From Auanema rhodensis (taxonomy: Eukaryota; Animalia; Nematoda): DNA of 64,000 nt. Location: contig OZ059896.1 of the NCBI GenBank assembly GCA_964057225.1, positions 21,824,001-21,888,000 of the forward strand, written 5' to 3'. Positions 38,501-52,600 of this stretch are shown piece by piece. Both the position numbers and the translations under genes were made by a program. The notes under the pieces were generated by a model. That model was not told the origin of the DNA, made no database searches, and was given only the letters and a program-made list of their open reading frames with translations. Each line of letters opens with the position of its first letter. Position 1 is the first letter of the stretch.

Positions 38501-40700
38501 GATCATAACTAATTTTTGTATTAAACGTTTCTCAATGTAGTATAGTGCATTCGATGCGGATTTCTAAGCTGCGTCGATCTGTGTTATCAGATTTGCGCTA
38601 GCTTAAAAATGCACCGAGATATCAACTGATATAAGTTCACACTTATATCCTCGATTTTCACCCTGAAGAATTAATTTTTTCGTTGAATAACATTGTCCAT
38701 CGTCTTTGCCTTGAAAAAAGAAATCTAAAAACATCTACTTTTCGCTAAATTATTTTGAAATTTTTCGAAAAAATTTTTGTCAAAATGTTTTTGGAAGCAA
38801 TGTTGAGTGTACATGGAAACTCAACATACACTAATGCATCATTTTTCAAACGATCATAACTAATTTTTGTATTAAGCGTTTCTCAATGTGATATAGTGCA
38901 TTCGATGCGGATTTTTAAGCTGCGTCGATCTGTGTTATCAGATTTGCGCTAGCTTAAAAATGCACCAAGATATCAACTGATATAAGTGCACACTTATATC
39001 CTCGATTTTCACCCTGAAGAATTAATTTTCCGTTGAATAACATTGTCCATCGTCTTTGCCTTGAAAAAAGGAATCTAAAAACATCCACTTTTTGCTAAAT
39101 TATTTCGAAATTTTTCGAAAAAATTTTTGTCAAAATGTTTTTGGAAGCAATGTTGAGTGTACATGGAAACTCAACATACACTAATGCATCATTTTTCAAA
39201 CGATCATAACTAATTTTTGTATTAAGCGTTTCTCAATGTAGTATAGTGCATTCGATGCGGATTTTTAAGCTGCGTCGATCTGTGTTATCAGATTTGCGCT
39301 AGCTTAAAAATGCACCGAGATATCAACTGATATAAGTTCACACTTATATCCTCGATTTTCACCCTGAAGAATTATTTTTTTCGTTGAATAACATTGTCCA
39401 TCGTCTTTGCCTTGAAAAAAGAAATCTAAAAACATCTACTTTTTGCTAAATTATTTTGAAATTTTTCGAAAAAATTTTTGTCAAAATGTTTTTGGAAGCA
39501 ATGTTGAGTGTACATGGAAACTCAACATACACTAAGGCATCATTTTTCAAACGATCATAACTAATTTTTGTATTAAGCGTTTCTCAATGTAGTATAGTGC
39601 ATTCGATGCGGATTTTTGAGCTGCGTCGATCTGTGTTATCAGATTTGCGCTAGCTTAAAAATGCACCAAGATATCAACTGATATAAGTGCACACTTATAT
39701 CCTCGATTTTCACCCTGAAGAATTAATTTTCCGTTGAATAACATTGTCCATCGTCTTTGCCTTGAAAAAAGGAATCTAAAAACATCCACTTTTTGCTAAA
39801 TTATTTCGAAATTTTTCGAAAAAATTTTTGTCAAAATGTTTTTGGAAGCAATGTTGAGTGTACATGAAAACTCAACATACACTAATGCATCATTTTTCAA
39901 ACGATCATAACTAATTTTTGTATTAAACGTTTCTCAATGTAGTATAGTGCATTCGATGCGGATTTCTAAGCTGCGTCGATCTGTGTTATCAGATTTGCGC
40001 TAGCTTAAAAATGCACCGAGATATCAACTGATATAAGTTCACACTTATATCCTCGATTTTCACCCTGAAGAATTAATTTTTTCGTTGAATAACATTGTCC
40101 ATCGTCTCTGCCTTGAAAAAAGAAATCTAAAAACATCTACTTTTTGCTAAATTATTCTGGAATTTTTCGAAAAAATTTTTGTCAAAATGTTTTTGGAAGC
40201 AATGTTGAGTGTACATGAAAACTCAACATACACTAATGCATCATTTTTCAAACGATCATAACTAATTTTTGTATTAAACGTTTCTCAATGTAGTATAGTG
40301 CATTCGATGCGGATTTCTAAGCTGCGTCGATCTGTGTTATCAGATTTGCGCTAGCTTAAAAATGCACCGAGATATCAACTGATATAAGTTCACACTTATA
40401 TCCTCGATTTTCACCCTGAAGAATTAATTTTTTCGTTGAATAACATTGTCCATCGTCTTTGCCTTGAAAAAAGAAATCTAAAAACATCTACTTTTCGCTA
40501 AATTATTTTGAAATTTTTCGAAAAAATTTTTGTCAAAATGTTTTTGGAAGCAATGTTGAGTGTACATGAAAACTCAACATACACTAATGCATCATTTTTC
40601 AAACGATCATAACTAATTTTTGTATTAAACGTTTCTCAATGTAGTATAGTGCATTCGATGCGGATTTCTAAGCTGCGTCGATCTGTGTTATCAGATTTGC

Positions 40701-42803
40701 GCTAGCTTAAAAATGCACCGAGATATCAACTGATATAAGTTCACACTTATATCCTCGATTTTCACCCTGAAGAATTAATTTTTTCGTTGAATAACATTGT
40801 CCATCGTCTTTGCCTTGAAAAAAGAAATCTAAAAACATCTACTTTTCGCTAAATTATTTTGAAATTTTTCGAAAAAATTTTTGTCAAAATGTTTTTGGAA
40901 GCAATGTTGAGTGTACATGGAAACTCAACATACACTAATGCATCATTTTTCAAACGATCATAACTAATTTTTGTATTAAGCGTTTCTCAATGTGATATAG
41001 TGCATTCGATGCGGATTTTTAAGCTGCGTCGATCTGTGTTATCAGATTTGCGCTAGCTTAAAAATGCACCAAGATATCAACTGATATAAGTGCACACTTA
41101 TATCCTCGATTTTCACCCTGAAGAATTAATTTTCCATTGAATAACATTGTCCATCGTCTTTGCCTTGAAAAAAGGAATCTAAAAACATCCACTTTTTGCT
41201 AAATTATTTCGAAATTTTTCGAAAAAATTTTTGTCAAAATGTTTTTGGAAGCAATGTTGAGTGTACATGGAAACTCAACATACACTAATGCATCATTTTT
41301 CAAACGATCATAACTAATTTTTGTATTAAGCGTTTCTCAATGTGATATAGTGCATTCGATGCGGATTTTTAAGCTGCGTCGATCTGTGTTATCAGATTTG
41401 CGCTAGCTTAAAAATGCACCGAGATATCAACTGATATAAGTTCACACTTATATCCTCGATTTTCACCCTGAAGAATTAATTTTTTCGTTGAATAACATTG
41501 TCCATCGTCTTTGCCTTGAAAAAAGAAATCTAAAAACATCTACTTTTCGCTAAATTATTTTGAAATTTTTCGAAAAAATTTTTGTCAAAATGTTTTTGGA
41601 AGCAATGTTGAGTGTACATGGAAACTCAACATACACTAATGCATCATTTTTCAAACGATCATAACTAATTTTTGTATTAAGCGTTTCTCAATGTGATATA
41701 GTGCATTCGATGCGGATTTTTAAGCTGCGTCGATCTGTGTTATCAGATTTGCGCTAGCTTAAAAATGCACCAAGATATCAACTGATATAAGTGCACACTT
41801 ATATCCTCGATTTTCACCCTGAAGAATTAATTTTCCGTTGAATAACATTGTCCATCGTCTTTGCCTTGAAAAAAGGAATCTAAAAACATCCACTTTTTGC
41901 TAAATTATTTCGAAATTTTTCGAAAAAATTTTTGTCAAAATGTTTTTGGAAGCAATGTTGAGTGTACATGGAAACTCAACATACACTAATGCATCATTTT
42001 TCAAACGATCATAACTAATTTTTGTATTAAGCGTTTCTCAATGTAGTATAGTGCATTCGATGCGGATTTCTAAGCTGCGTCGATCTGTGTTATCAGATTT
42101 GCGCTAGCTTAAAAATGCACCGAGATATCAACTGATATAAGTTCACACTTATATCCTCGATTTTCACCCTGAAGAATTAATTTTTTCGTTGAATAACATT
42201 GTCCATCGTCTTTGCCTTGAAAAAAGAAATCTAAAAACATCTACTTTTCGCTAAATTATTTTGAAATTTTTCGAAAAAATTTTTGTCAAAATGTTTTTGG
42301 AAGCAATGTTGAGTGTACATGGAAACTCAACATACACTAATGCATCATTTTTCAAACGATCATAACTAATTTTTGTATTAAGCGTTTCTCAATGTGATAT
42401 AGTGCATTCGATGCGGATTTTTAAGCTGCGTCGATCTGTGTTATCAGATTTGCGCTAGCTTAAAAATGCACCAAGATATCAACTGATATAAGTGCACACT
42501 TATATCCTCGATTTTCACCCTGAAGAATTAATTTTCCGTTGAATAACATTGTCCATCGTCTTTGCCTTGAAAAAAGGAATCTAAAAACATCCACTTTTTG
42601 CTAAATTATTTCGAAATTTTTCGAAAAAATTTTTGTCAAAATGTTTTTGGAAGCAATGTTGAGTGTACATGGAAACTCAACATACACTAATGCATCATTT
42701 TTCAAACGATCATAACTAATTTTTGTATTAAGCGTTTCTCAATGTAGTATAGTGCATTCGATGCGGATTTTTAAGCTGCGTCGATCTGTGTTATCAGATT
42801 TGC
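40701..42803. repeat. 2-monomer (701 bp) higher-order repeat, three copies of 351-bp class C plus 350-bp class E
   Basis: Monomers at 40701, 41402 and 42103 carry TTTTCGCT and TGTGAT. Monomers at 41052, 41753 and 42454 are 350 bp and carry TTTTCC, ATCCAC and TTTCGAAA. Confidence 0.85.
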
Positions 42804-45800
42804 GCTAGCTTAAAAATGCACCGAGATATCAACTGATATAAGTTCACACTTATATCCTCGATTTTCACCCTGAAGAATTAATTTTTTCGTTGAATAACAT
42901 TGTCCTTCGTCTTTGCCTTGAAAAAAGAAATCTAAAAACATCTACTTTTTGCTAAATTATTTTGAAATTTTTCGAAAAAATTTTTGTCAAAATGTTTTTG
43001 GAAGCAATGTTGAGTGTACATGGAAACTCAACATACACTAAGGCATCATTTTTCAAACGATCATAACTAATTTTTGTATTAAGCGTTTCTCAATGTAGTA
43101 TAGTGCATTCGATGCGGATTTTTGAGCTGCGTCGATCTGTGTTATCAGATTTGCGCTAGCTTAAAAATGCACCGAGATATCAACTGATATAAGTTCACAC
43201 TTATATCCTCGATTTTCACCCTGAAGAATTAATTTTTTCGTTGAATAACATTGTCCATCGTCTCTGCCTTGAAAAAAGAAATCTAAAAACATCTACTTTT
43301 TGCTAAATTATTCTGGAATTTTTCGAAAAAATTTTTGTCAAAATGTTTTTGGAAGCAATGTTGAGTGTACATGAAAACTCAACATACACTAATGCATCAT
43401 TTTTCAAACGATCATAACTAATTTTTGTATTAAACGTTTCTCAATGTAGTATAGTGCATTCGATGCGGATTTCTAAGCTGCGTCGATCTGTGTTATCAGA
43501 TTTGCGCTAGCTTAAAAATGCACCGAGATATCAACTGATATAAGTTCACACTTATATCCTCGATTTTCACCCTGAAGAATTAATTTTTTCGTTGAATAAC
43601 ATTGTCCATCGTCTTTGCCTTGAAAAAAGAAATCTAAAAACATCTACTTTTCGCTAAATTATTTTGAAATTTTTCGAAAAAATTTTTGTCAAAATGTTTT
43701 TGGAAGCAATGTTGAGTGTACATGAAAACTCAACATACACTAATGCATCATTTTTCAAACGATCATAACTAATTTTTGTATTAAACGTTTCTCAATGTAG
43801 TATAGTGCATTCGATGCGGATTTCTAAGCTGCGTCGATCTGTGTTATCAGATTTGCGCTAGCTTAAAAGTGCACCGAGATATCAACTGATATAAGTTCAC
43901 ACTTATATCCTCGATTTTCACCCTGAAGAATTAATTTTTTCGTTGAATAACATTGTCCATCGTCTTTGCCTTGAAAAAAGAAATCTAAAAACATCTACTT
44001 TTCGCTAAATTATTTTGAAATTTTTCGAAAAAATTTTTGTCAAAATGTTTTTGGAAGCAATGTTGAGTGTACATGGAAACTCAACATACACTAATGCATC
44101 ATTTTTCAAACGATCATAACTAATTTTTGTATTAAGCGTTTCTCAATGTGATATAGTGCATTCGATGCGGATTTTTAAGCTGCGTCGATCTGTGTTATCA
44201 GATTTGCGCTAGCTTAAAAATGCACCAAGATATCAACTGATATAAGTGCACACTTATATCCTCGATTTTCACCCTGAAGAATTAATTTTCCGTTGAATAA
44301 CATTGTCCATCGTCTTTGCCTTGAAAAAAGGAATCTAAAAACATCCACTTTTTGCTAAATTATTTCGAAATTTTTCGAAAAAATTTTTGTCAAAATGTTT
44401 TTGGAAGCAATGTTGAGTGTACATGGAAACTCAACATACACTAATGCATCATTTTTCAAACGATCATAACTAATTTTTGTATCAAGCGTTTCTCAATGTA
44501 GTATAGTGCATTCGATGCGGATTTTTGATCTGCGTCGATCTGTGTTATCAGATTTGCGCTAGCTTAAAAACGCACCGAGATATCAACTGATATAAGTTCA
44601 CACTTATATCCTCGATTTTCACATTGAAGAACTAATTTTTTCGTTGAATAACATTGTCCATCGTCTCTGCCTTGAAAAAAGAAATCTAAAAACATCTACT
44701 TTTCGCTAAATTATTTTGAAATTTTTCGAAAAAATTTTTGTCAAAATGTTTTTGGAAGCAATGTTGAGTGTACATGGAAACTCAACATACACTAATGCAT
44801 CATTTTTCAAACGATCATAACTAATTTTTGTATTAAGCGTTTCTCAATGTGATATAGTGCATTCGATGCGGATTTTTAAGCTGCGTCGATCTGTGTTATC
44901 AGATTTGCGCTAGCTTAAAAGTGCACCAAGATATCAACTGATATAAGTGCACACTTATATCCTCGATTTTCACCCTGAAGAATTAATTTTCCGTTGAATA
45001 ACATTGTCCATCGTCTTTGCCTTGAAAAAAGGAATCTAAAAACATCCACTTTTTGCTAAATTATTTCGAAATTTTTTGAAAAAATTTTTGTCAAAATGTT
45101 TTTGGAAGCAATGTTGAGTGTACATGGAAACTCAACATACACTAATGCATCATTTTTCAAACGATCATAACTAACTTTTGTATTAAGCGTTTCTCAATGT
45201 AGTATAGTGCATTCGATGCGGATTTTTAAGCTGCGTCGATCTGTGTTATCAGATTTGCGCTAGCTTAAAAATGCACCGAGATATCAACTGATATAAGTTC
45301 ACACTTATATCCTCGATTTTCACCCTGAAGAATTATTTTTTTCGTTGAATAACATTGTCCATCGTCTTTGCCTTGAAAAAAGAAATCTAAAAACATCTAC
45401 TTTTTGCTAAATTATTTTGAAATTTTTCGAAAAAATTTTTGTCAAAATGTTTTTGGAAGCAATGTTGAGTGTACATGGAAACTCAACATACACTAAGGCA
45501 TCATTTTTCAAACGATCATAACTAATTTTTGTATTAAGCGTTTCTCAATGTAGTATAGTGCATTCGATGCGGATTTTTGAGCTGCGTCGATCTGTGTTAT
45601 CAGATTTGCGCTAGCTTAAAAATGCACCGAGATATCAACTGATATAAGTTCACACTTATATCCTCGATTTTCACCCTGAAGAATTAATTTTTTCGTTGAA
45701 TAACATTGTCCATCGTCTTTGCCTTGAAAAAAGGAATCTAAAAACATCTACTTTTTGCTAAATTATTTTGAAATTTTTCGAAAAAATTTTTGTCAAAATG

Positions 45801-46311
45801 TTGTTGGAAGCAATGTTGAGTGTACATGGAAACTCAACATACACTAATGCATCATTTTTCAAACGATCATAACTAATTTTTGTATTAAGCGTTTCTCAAT
45901 GTAGTAAAGTGCATTCGATGCGGATTTTTAAGCTGCGTCGATCTGTGTTATCAGATTTGCGCTAGCTTAAAAATGCACCGAGATATCAACTGATATAAGT
46001 TCACACTTATATCCTCGATTTTCACCCTGAAGAATTAATTTTTTCGTTGAATAACATTGTCCATCGTCTTTGCCTTGAAAAAAGGAATCTAAAAACATCT
46101 ACTTTTTGCTAAATTATTTTGAAATTTTTCGAAAAAATTTTTGTCAAAATGTTTTTGGAAGCAATGTTGAGCGTACATGGAAACTCAACATACACTAATG
46201 CATCATTTTTCAAACGATCATAACTAATTTTTGTATTAAGCGTTTCTCAATGTGATATAGTGCATTCGATGCGGATTTTTAAGCTGCGTCGATCTGTGTT
46301 ATCAGATTTGC

Positions 46312-46637
46312 GCTAGCTTAAAAATGCACCAAGATATCAACTGATATAAGTGCACACTTATATCCTCGATTTTCACCCTGAAGAATTAATTTTCCGTTGA
46401 ATAACATTGTCCATCGTCTTTGCCTTGAAAAAAGGAATCTAAAAACATCCACTTTTTGCTAAATTTTTGTCAAAATGTTTTTGGAAGCAATGTTGAGTGT
46501 ACATGGAAACTCAACATACACTAATGCATCATTTTTCAAACGATCATAACTAATTTTTGTATTAAGCGTTTCTCAATGTAGTATAGTGCATTCGATGCGG
46601 AATTTTAAGCTGCGTCGATCTGTGTTATCAGATTTGC
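46312..46637. repeat. Shortened monomer (326 bp) with a 24-bp internal deletion
   Basis: At ~46458-46471 it reads GCTAAATTTTTGTC instead of GCTAAATTATTTCGAAATTTTTCGAAAAAATTTTTGTC. Confidence 0.95.
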
Positions 46638-49600
46638 GCTAGCTTGAAAATGCACCAAGATATCAACTGATATAAGTGCACACTTATATCCTCGATTTTC
46701 ACCCTGAAGAATTAATTTTTTCGTTGAATAACATTGTCCATCGTCTTTGCCTTGAAAAAAGAAATCTAAAAACATCTACTTTTTGCTAAATTATTTTGAA
46801 ATTTTTCGAAAAAATTTTTGTCAAAATGTTTTTGGAAGCAATGTTGAGTGTACATGAAAACTCAACATACACTAATGCATCATTTTTCAAACGATCATAA
46901 CTAATTTTTGTATTAAGCGTTTCTCAATGTAGTATAGTGCATTCGATGCGGATTTCTAAGCTGCGTCGATCTGTGTTATCAGATTTGCGCTAGCTTAAAA
47001 ATGCACCGAGATATCAACTGATATAAGTTTACACTTATATCCTCGATTTTCACCCTGAAGAAATAATTTTTTCGTTGAATAACATTGTCCATCGTCTTTG
47101 CCTTGAAAAAAGAAATCTAAAAACATCTACTTTTCGCTAAATTATTTTGAAATTTTTTGAAAAAATTTTTGTCAAAATGTTTTTGGAAGCAATGTTGAGT
47201 GTACATGGAAACTCAACATACACTAATGCATCATTTTTCGAACGATCATAACTAATTTTTGTATTAAGCGTTTCTCAATGTAGTATAGTGCATTCGATGC
47301 GGATTTTTAAGCTGCGTCGATCTGTGTTATCAGATTTGCGCTAGCTTAAAAATGCACCAAGATATCAACTGATATAAGTGCACACTTATATCCTCGATTT
47401 TCACCCTGAAGAATTAATTTTCCGTTGAATAACATTGTCCATCGTCTTTGCCTTGAAAAAAGGAATCTAAAAACATCCACTTTTTGCTAAATTATTTCGA
47501 AATTTTTCGAAAAAATTTTTGTCAAAATGTTTTTGGAAGCAATGTTGAGTGTACATGGAAACTCAACATACACTAAGGCATCATTTTTCAAACGATCATA
47601 ACTAATTTTTGTATTAAGCGTTTCTCAATGTAGTATAGTGCATTCGATGCGGATTTTTGAGCTGCGTCGATCTGTGTTATCAGATTTGCGCTAGCTTAAA
47701 AATGCACCGAGATATCAACTGATATAAGTTCACACTTATATCCTCGATTTTCACCCTGAAGAATTAATTTTTTCGTTGAATAACATTGTCCATCGTCTCT
47801 GCCTTGAAAAAAGAAATCTAAAAACATCTACTTTTTGCTAAATTATTCTGGAATTTTTCGAAAAAATTTTTGTCAAAATGTTTTTGGAAGCAATGTTGAG
47901 TGTACATGAAAACTCAACATACACTAATGCATCATTTTTCAAACGATCATAACTAATTTTTGTATTAAACGTTTCTCAATGTAGTATAGTGCATTCGATG
48001 CGGATTTCTAAGCTGCGTCGATCTGTGTTATCAGATTTGCGCTAGCTTAAAAATGCACCGAGATATCAACTGATATAAGTTCACACTTATATCCTCGATT
48101 TTCACCCTGAAGAATTAATTTTTTCGTTGAATAACATTGTCCATCGTCTTTGCCTTAAAAAAAGAAATCTAAAAACATCTACTTTTCGCTAAATTATTTT
48201 GAAATTTTTCGAAAAAATTTTTGTCAAAATGTTTTTGGAAGCAATGTTGAGTGTACATGAAAACTCAACATACACTAATGCATCATTTTTCAAACGATCA
48301 TAACTAATTTTTGTATTAAACGTTTCTCAATGTAGTATAGTGCATTCGATGCGGATTTCTAAGCTGCGTCGATCTGTGTTATCAGATTTGCGCTAGCTTA
48401 AAAATGCACCGAGATATCAACTGATATAAGTTCACACTTATATCCTCGATTTTCACCCTGAAGAATTAATTTTTTCGTTGAATAACATTGTCCATCGTCT
48501 TTGCCTTGAAAAAAGAAATCTAAAAACATCTACTTTTCGCTAAATTATTTTGAAATTTTTCGAAAAAATTTTTGTCAAAATGTTTTTGGAAGCAATGTTG
48601 AGTGTACATGGAAACTCAACATACACTAATGCATCATTTTTCAAACGATCATAACTAATTTTTGTATTAAGCGTTTCTCAATGTAGTATAGTGCATTCGA
48701 TGCGGATTTTTGAGCTGCGTCGATCTGTGTTATCAGATTTGCGCTAGCTTAAAAATGCACCGAGATATCAACTGATATAAGTTCACACTTATATCCTCGA
48801 TTTTCACCCTGAAGAATTAATTTTTTCGTTGAATAACATTGTCCATCGTCTCTGCCTTGAAAAAAGAAATCTAAAAACATCTACTTTTTGCTAAATTATT
48901 CTGGAATTTTTCGAAAACATTTTTGTCAAAATGTTTTTGGAAGCAATGTTGAGTGTACATGAAAACTCTACATACACTAATGCATCATTTTTCAAACGAT
49001 CATAACTAATTTTTGTATTAAGCGTTTCTCAATGTAGTATAGTGCATTCGATGCGGATTTTTAAGCTGCGTCGATCTGTGTTATCAGATTTGCGCTAGCT
49101 TGAAAATGCACCAAGATATCAACTGATATAAGTTCACACTTATATCCTCGATTTTCACCCTGAAGAATTAATTTTTTCGTTGAATAACATTGTCCATCGT
49201 CTTTGCCTTGAAAAAAGAAATCTAAAAAAACATCTACTTTTTGCTAAATTATTTTGAAATTTTTCGAAAAAATTTTTGTCAAAATGTTTTTGGACGCAAT
49301 GTTGAGTGTACATGGAAACTCTACATACACTAATGCATCATTTTTCAAACAATCATAACTAATTTTTGTATTAAGCGTTTCTCAATGTAGTATAGTGCAT
49401 TCGATGCGGATTTTTAAGCTGCGTCGATCTGTGTTATCAGATTTGCGCTAACTTAAAAATGCACCAAGATATCAACTGATATAAGTGCACACTTATATCC
49501 TCGATTTTCACCCTGAAGAATTAATTTTTTCGTTGAATAACATTGTCTATCGTCTTTGCCTTAAAAAAAGGAATCTAAAAACATCTACTTTTTGCTAAAT

Positions 49601-52600
49601 TATTTTGAAATTTTTCGAAAAAATTTTTGTCAAAATGTTTTTGGAAGCAATGTTGAGTGTACATGGAAACTCAACATACACTAATGCATCATTTTTCAAA
49701 CGATCATAACTAATTTTTGTATCAAGCGTTTCTCAATGTAGTATAGTGCATTCGATGCGGATTTTTAAGCTGCGTCGATCTGTGTTATCAGATTTGCGCT
49801 AGCTTAAAAACGCACCGAGATATCAACTGATATAAGTTCACACTTATATCCTCGATTTTCACATTGAAGAACTAATTTTTTCGTTGAATAACATTGTCCA
49901 TCGTCTCTGCCTTGAAAAAAGAAATCTAAAAACATCTACTTTTTGCTAAATTATTCTGGAATTTTTCGAAAAAATTTTTGTCAAAATGTTTTTGGAAGCA
50001 ACGTTGAGTGTACATGAAAACTCAACATACACTAATGCATCATTTTTCAAACGATCATAACTAATTTTTGTATTAAACGTTTCTCAATGTAGTATAGTGC
50101 ATTCGATGCGGATTTCTAAGCTGCGTCGATCTGTGTTATCAGATTTGCGCTAGCTTAAAAATGCACCGAGATATCAACTGATATAAGTTCACACTTATAT
50201 CCTCGATTTTCACCCTGAAGAATTAATTTTTTCGTTGAATAACATTGTCCATCGTCTTTGCCTTGAAAAAAGAAATCTAAAAACATCTACTTTTCGCTAA
50301 ATTATTTTGAAATTTTTCGAAAAAATTTTTGTCAAAATGTTTTTGGAAGCAATGTTGAGTGTACATGGAAACTCAACATACACTAATGCATCATTTTTCA
50401 AACGATCATAACTAATTTTTGTATTAAGCGTTTCTCAATGTAGTATAGTGCATTCGATGCGGATTTTTGAGCTGCGTCGATCTGTGTTATCAGATTCGCG
50501 CTAGCTTAAAAATGCACCGAGATATCAACTGATATAAGTTCACACTTATATCCTCGATTTTCACCCTGAAGAATTAATTTTTTCGTTGAATAACATTGTC
50601 CATCGTCTTTGCCTTGAAAAAAGAAATCTAAAAACATCTACTTTTCGCTAAATTATTTTGAAATTTTTCGAAAAAATTTTTGTCAAAATGTTTTTGGAAG
50701 CAATGTTGAGTGTACATGGAAACTCAACATACACTAATGCATCATTTTTCAAACGATCATAACTAATTTTTGTATTAAACGTTTCTCAATGTAGTATAGT
50801 GCATTCGATGCGGATTTTTAAGCTGCGTCGATCTGTGTTATCAGATTTGCGCTAGCTTAAAAACGCACCGAGATATCAACTGATATAAGTTCACACTTAT
50901 ATCCTCGATTTTCACATTGAAGAACTAACTTTTTCGTTGAATAACATTGTCCATCGTCTCTGCCTTGAAAAAAGAAATCTAAAAACATCTACTTTTTGCT
51001 AAATTATTCTGGAATTTTTCGAAAAAATTTTTGTCAAAATGTTTTTGGAAGCAATGTTGAGTGTACATGAAAACTCAACATACACTAATGCATCATTTTT
51101 CAAACGATCATAACTAATTTTTGTATTAAGCGTTTCTCAATGTAGTATAGTGCATTCGATGCGGATTTTTAAGCTGCGTCGATCTGTGTTATCAGATTTG
51201 CGCTAGCTTGAAAATGCACCAAGATATCAACTGATATAAGTGCACACTTATATCCTCGATTTTCACCCTGAAGAATTAATTTTCCGTTGAATAACATTGT
51301 CCATCGTCTTTGCCTTGAAAAAAGGAATCTAAAAACATCTACTTTTTGCTAAATTATTCTGGAATTTTTCGAAAAAATTTTTGTCAAAATGTTTTTGGAA
51401 GCAATGTTGAGTGTACATGGAAACTCAACATACACTAATGCATCATTTTTCAAACGATCATAACTAATTTTTGTATCAAGCGTTTCTCAATGTAGTATAG
51501 TGCATTCGATGCGGATTTTTGAGCTGCGTCGATCTGTGTTATCAGATTTGCGCTAGCTTAAAAACGCACCGAGATATCAACTGATATAAGTTCACACTTA
51601 TATCCTCGATTTTCACATTGAAGAACTAATTTTTTCGTTGAATAACATTGTCCATCGTCTCTGCCTTGAAAAAAGAAATCTAAAAACATCTACTTTTCGC
51701 TAAATTATTTTGAAATTTTTCGAAAAAATTTTTGTCAAAATGTTTTTGGAAGCAATGTTGAGTGTACATGAAAACTCAACATACACTAATGCATCATTTT
51801 TCAAACGATCATAACTAATTTTTGTATTAAGCGTTTCTCAATGTAGTATAGTGCATTCGATGCGGATTTTTGAGCTGCGTCGATCTGTGTTATCAGATTT
51901 GCGCTAGCTTAAAAATGCACCGAGATATCAACTGATATAAGTTCACACTTATATCCTCGATTTTCACCCTGAAGAATTAATTTTTTCGTTGAATAACATT
52001 GTCCATCGTCTTTGCCTTGAAAAAAGAAATCTAAAAACATCTACTTTTCGCTAAATTATTTTGAAATTTTTCGAAAAAATTTTTGTCAAAATGTTTTTGG
52101 AAGCAATGTTGAGTGTACATGGAAACTCAACATACACTAATGCATCATTTTTCAAACGATCATAACTAATTTTTGTATTAAGCGTTTCTCAATGTAATAT
52201 AGTGCATTCGATGCGGATTTTTAAGCTGCGTCGATCTGTGTTATCAGATTTGCGCTAGCTTAAAAATGCACCAAGATATCAACTGATATAAGTGCACACT
52301 TATATCCTCGATTTTCACCCTGAAGAATTAATTTTCCGTTGAATAACATTGTCCATCGTCTTTGCCTTGAAAAAAGGAATCTAAAAACATCCACTTTTTG
52401 CTAAATTATTTCGAAATTTTTCGAAAAAATTTTTGTCAAAATGTTTTTGGAAGCAATGTTGAGTGTACATGGAAACTCAACATACACTAATGCATCATTT
52501 TTCAAACGATCATAACTAATTTTTGTATTAAACGTTTCTCAATGTAGTATAGTGCATTCGATGCGGATTTTTAAGCTGCGTCGATCTGTGTTATCAGATT

